Source: an uncultured Nitrososphaeraceae archaeon | GTDB taxonomy: Archaea > Thermoproteota > Nitrososphaeria > Nitrososphaerales > Nitrososphaeraceae | DNA: 64,000 bases | Direction of reading: 5' to 3' | Assembly (NCBI GenBank): GCA_963779615.1 | Contig: CAVZZA010000003.1 | Coordinates: 416,001 to 480,000 of the forward strand | Shown: piece by piece, positions 60,732-64,000 of the stretch | Layout: each line of letters opens with the position of its first letter | Position numbering within the stretch: the stretch's first letter is position 1 | The notes under the pieces: model-generated | The model's input: only the letters and a program-made list of their open reading frames with translations | Told to the model about the DNA's origin: nothing | The model's database searches: none | Position numbers and translations under genes: made by a program

Positions 60732-62040
60732 TCCTAGCTGTATCCCTAGGATATAAGACAACCTCTCGGATATTTGCCATATGTGACAGAACCATAATCA
60801 GCCTGTCAAAACCCAAACCACATCCAGAATGGGGAGGCATGCCCCATTCAAAAGATCGCAAATGATCAGTAAAGCTATCAACAGACAACCCCTGGCTTTG
60901 CAGCCTATGTTTGAGCTTGCCGATATCATGCTGTCTTGTTCCCCCGGACACCAGCTCAAGATATCCAAATTGAAGATCAAAAGATTTTGACAGCAATGGG
61001 TTGTCTTCATGTTCATGGATATAGAAAGGTTTCAAGCCAAGTGGCCAATCAGTGATAAAGAAAAAACTGTCATACTTTTCCCCAAGCTTCCTTAGCGAAG
61101 AGTCTGGAAGGTCGTCTCCAAACTCTATTTTTTCATCCAACTTTACAAGTTCTTCCAGACAGTCTTCATAGCTTAAACGAGGGAAAGGGGAAAGGATAAA
61201 GTCTGAAATTGGCTTGTCTTTTAAAAAATGGAAATCCGATTGGTACTTGACTGAGTCGGTTAAAAATTTCAAAATTATCTTCACTAGATCTTCAATCATA
61301 TCCATTATCTCAAAGCAGTCAAGGTAGGCAGCTTCAACGTCAACGCTTATAAATTCATTTAGGTGTCTTGCGGTGTGAGAATTTTCGGCTCTGAAATATG
61401 GAGCTATTTCAAATACTCGATCAAGCGAAAGTACAAGTTGTTCTTTGTATAACTGAGGGCTTTGGGCCAAATACCCTTTTCTTTTAAAATAATCAAATTC
61501 AAAAAGGTTTGAGCCACCCTCACTTGCACTCCCAATGATTTTTGGAGTATTTACCTCAATAAAGCTATTCAAGGTAAAAAAATCACGGATAATTTTCAAG
61601 ACCTCAGATCTTAGCAAAAAAATTTGAGAGACTCTTGGATTGCGCAGGTCCAATGCCCGAGAATCAAGCCGGTTGTCCAAATTTGACTCTATCCTACCAG
61701 TAGGATCGATAGGCAAGGACAGACTGGCTTCAGAATAGACATAGATTTCCTTAACCGATACCTCAACTTCAAAATTTCTGGATTTAGTCGGCTTTACTGT
61801 CCCAACTATTAGGATGCTGCTTTGCCTGGGTATAGTTTTTGCCTTTTCTAAATTATCACCAAAAAGAACAGACTGAATAGCACCTGTAATGTCCCTCAAT
61901 GTGAGAAACCCAAGTTTTCCTATATCACGGAAATCTTCAATCCAGCCAGCAATTCTAACCTCAGTTCCGACCTGTAAATTTTTTAAATCCTTTGAGAAAT
62001 GAGTCCTTGTTAACATCTTGCGGGGTTTACTTAGAGCCAT
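60721..62040 (-). CDS. aspS: Aspartate-tRNA(Asp/Asn) ligase, archaeal type
   Basis: OB-fold N-terminus, LAQSPQLYKE, FRAE.S.T.RHLNEF, GMPPHSGCGLG.DR, YPRD. Confidence 0.97.
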   Translation of the reverse strand: MALSKPRKMLTRTHFSKDLKNLQVGTEVRIAGWIEDFRDIGKLGFLTLRDITGAIQSVLFGDNLEKAKTIPRQSSILIVGTVKPTKSRNFEVEVSVKEIYVYSEASLSLPIDPTGRIESNLDNRLDSRALDLRNPRVSQIFLLRSEVLKIIRDFFTLNSFIEVNTPKIIGSASEGGSNLFEFDYFKRKGYLAQSPQLYKEQLVLSLDRVFEIAPYFRAENSHTARHLNEFISVDVEAAYLDCFEIMDMIEDLVKIILKFLTDSVKYQSDFHFLKDKPISDFILSPFPRLSYEDCLEELVKLDEKIEFGDDLPDSSLRKLGEKYDSFFFITDWPLGLKPFYIHEHEDNPLLSKSFDLQFGYLELVSGGTRQHDIGKLKHRLQSQGLSVDSFTDHLRSFEWGMPPHSGCGLGFDRLIMVLSHMANIREVVLYPRDTARISP

Positions 62041-62106
62041 GATTATTTATTTATCCTCTGTTTTTTAGTCCATTTATCTTTTATTCATTGGTAAGGTTGG
62101 TACCCC

Positions 62107-62622
62107 TTATGCCTCTGTTTCAACAATTAACTCAATTTTCCGGATCGATAGGGATATTTTTTTTATGCTCTCAAGGGTTTTTTCCTTGATGTTTTTTATT
62201 TTTTTTACATCTAACAGAACTCTTGTCAACTTTTGGCCATCGGGAAGCCAAATAAAATTAATGTTATCAATCCCCACAGGATAAAACAAGTTCTCTAAAA
62301 ACCGCCTATCGTTAGAATCGGACTCAACTATCCAAACATTTTTTTTGAAAGATTGTTGAATTAAATCAAACAGTTTCTTGTCAGAACGAATTGCCCTCAC
62401 ATCAGAGCTTTTAAAAATTAAAATTACTTCATTCTCTATTTCTTTTGAACCGAACAGCGTCATTTTGTCTATCTCAGAGTTGCTTTGAGCCAGTTTTGCA
62501 AGTATCATGGAACCATCTACGTCAGACGGCGTGATTTGTCCAGATTCAAGTCTATTTTCACACACATCACACAGTATACCGGTTTTAGCATCAAAAGTAC
62601 AAATTGGGGTTTTCAATATCAC
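62107..62622 (-). CDS. Archaeal NusA-like protein with Zn ribbon
   Basis: PICTFDAKTGILCDVC...FLENLFYP...IWLPDG. Confidence 0.85.
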   Translation of the reverse strand: MILKTPICTFDAKTGILCDVCENRLESGQITPSDVDGSMILAKLAQSNSEIDKMTLFGSKEIENEVILIFKSSDVRAIRSDKKLFDLIQQSFKKNVWIVESDSNDRRFLENLFYPVGIDNINFIWLPDGQKLTRVLLDVKKIKNIKEKTLESIKKISLSIRKIELIVETEA

Positions 62623-62810
62623 ACTCCACCTTAAATTTAACTGTGCTTAACACTTAAAAATATTGACCTGCTCATTTAATAAGAAAACTAATCGGTTGTC
62701 CATGAGGGCATGTTTAACCACAAATCAAAATCAAAATCAGAATTGCCTATTTTTTATTAGGCTGATAGGACATTGTGTTAAAAACATGCAAAAAAAGGAA
62801 AGGGAAATGT

Positions 62811-63071
62811 TCATGGGCATTTTGGTAAAAAGTTTAAACTATTTGGGAATTTGATATTTGTGCTGGTACTCAAATAAGGCTTATTTGTTTCTGGATGCCT
62901 GAAAGCAAAGATTTTCACTCTATGTCCCATTGCATTGGCAAAATAACTATTTTTATTATTCCAAATTTCATCGGCAATTGCTTCCACATCATACATAGCA
63001 GCATCTATCCCAACTTGCACTATCACACCTTTTTCATCTTTTTTAACACAGGTTACAAGAAATTCCGTCAT
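62811..63071 (-). CDS. DUF3892-like protein
   Basis: VTCVKK...PYLST.....NSLNFLPKC; paralog of 7762..8022. Confidence 0.7.
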   Translation of the reverse strand: MTEFLVTCVKKDEKGVIVQVGIDAAMYDVEAIADEIWNNKNSYFANAMGHRVKIFAFRHPETNKPYLSTSTNIKFPNSLNFLPKCP

Positions 63072-63262
63072 AACGCTGTGTACCTATAGCCATATTAATT
63101 GTTAAACAATTTTTTTTTATTATGCCCTGCATTCAGTTTTATCAACACAATTTTGTTATAACTAAAATGCGAAAAAAGGTTTTAATTCCCCAAAGTTAAA
63201 AATAGTACAAATAAAAAAGGGATTCATCAAATGTTTCAACAGACATCTATAAGAAAACAGTA

Positions 63263-64000
63263 ATGGAAAGGGAAATAAAACGAGTTACAGAGAGGAAAAA
63301 TTCGAAAAGGTTGCCATAAAAAACCTAACTATTGACTATGTAACCAAATTGGGAATTATTACAGCCGTTGAAAACATATCATTTGAACTTTCCAGCGGAC
63401 AATCGATTGGGATAGTGGGAGAGTCAGGCTCTGGAAAGAGCACATTTGGCCTTGCGTTAATAAGATCATTACCTAAGAACGGAATTGTTCGCTCAGGAAA
63501 TGTGATAGTAGGGAATGAGGACATTTTAAATACAAATGAAAAAAAATTTGACGGAATGTACAGATGGAAGGAAATTTCCATGATATTTCAAGGCTCGATG
63601 AATAGTTTAGATCCAGTCTTTTCCATTGAAAAACAAATGAAGGAAATATTAAAAGTCCATGGCATTAAAGGAGGAAAGCACGCCGAATTAATAAAAAAAT
63701 CATTAACTGACGTCGGTCTTGACCCTGGGATGGTTACAAAAAGGTTTCCACATGAACTAAGTGGCGGAATGAAGCAAAGAATTGTAATTGCTAATTCTTT
63801 ATTGCTCAAGCCATCCATACTGATCGCAGATGAGCCCACAACAGCATTGGACGTGATAACACAATCGCAGATCATTTCTCTTTTAAAAAACATGAAAGAT
63901 TCAAAAAAAATGAAAGTAATCCTGATAACGCATGATTTGTCTTTAATTCCAAATGTAGTTGAAAGGGTTATTATTATGTATGCAGGCCAGGCTGTAGAGA
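63263..64000 (+). CDS. Peptide/nickel ABC transporter ATP-binding protein (OppD/DppD type), runs off the window
   Basis: VGESGSGKST, IFQGSMNSLDP, FPHELSGGMKQR, IADEPTTALDV, ITHDL; ATG 63263 needs one extra A in the run at ~63296-63300 to join the frame. Confidence 0.9.

Noticed and set aside
63263-63310. Programmed frameshift at the start of the ABC ATPase
   Set aside because: A single missing A in a homopolymer is more simply a sequencing error; no stimulatory structure seen.

Overview
Archaeal DNA, most consistent with a soil ammonia-oxidising thaumarchaeon of the family Nitrososphaeraceae (Nitrosocosmicus-like). This is inferred from the archaeal non-discriminating AspRS, NusA-like and JAMM genes, membrane cupredoxin, CBS-TrkH, DUF6659-like protein and PQQ/GSDH dehydrogenase. 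About 1-40 kb is a mosaic accessory region. It holds remnants of an MCM/AbrB-type integrative element around a large NTPase-TPR (STAND/NLR-like) gene with near-identical 120-nt repeats, many decayed gene fragments, an IS5-family transposase, an intact carbohydrate ABC transporter, and ion/pH/redox genes. It also holds two copies of a secreted-protein cassette (Q/N-Cys module, Pro/Thr linker, putative isopeptide CnaB-like domain); a third family member at 49.3 kb shares a non-canonical promoter motif with them. About 41-64 kb is mostly intact, core-like genes. No rRNA, tRNA, CRISPR array, integrase or reverse transcriptase was recognised. Several single-base frameshifts fall in multicopy or homopolymer sequence and may be assembly errors. 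All family calls come from motif recognition by eye; no database searches were run.
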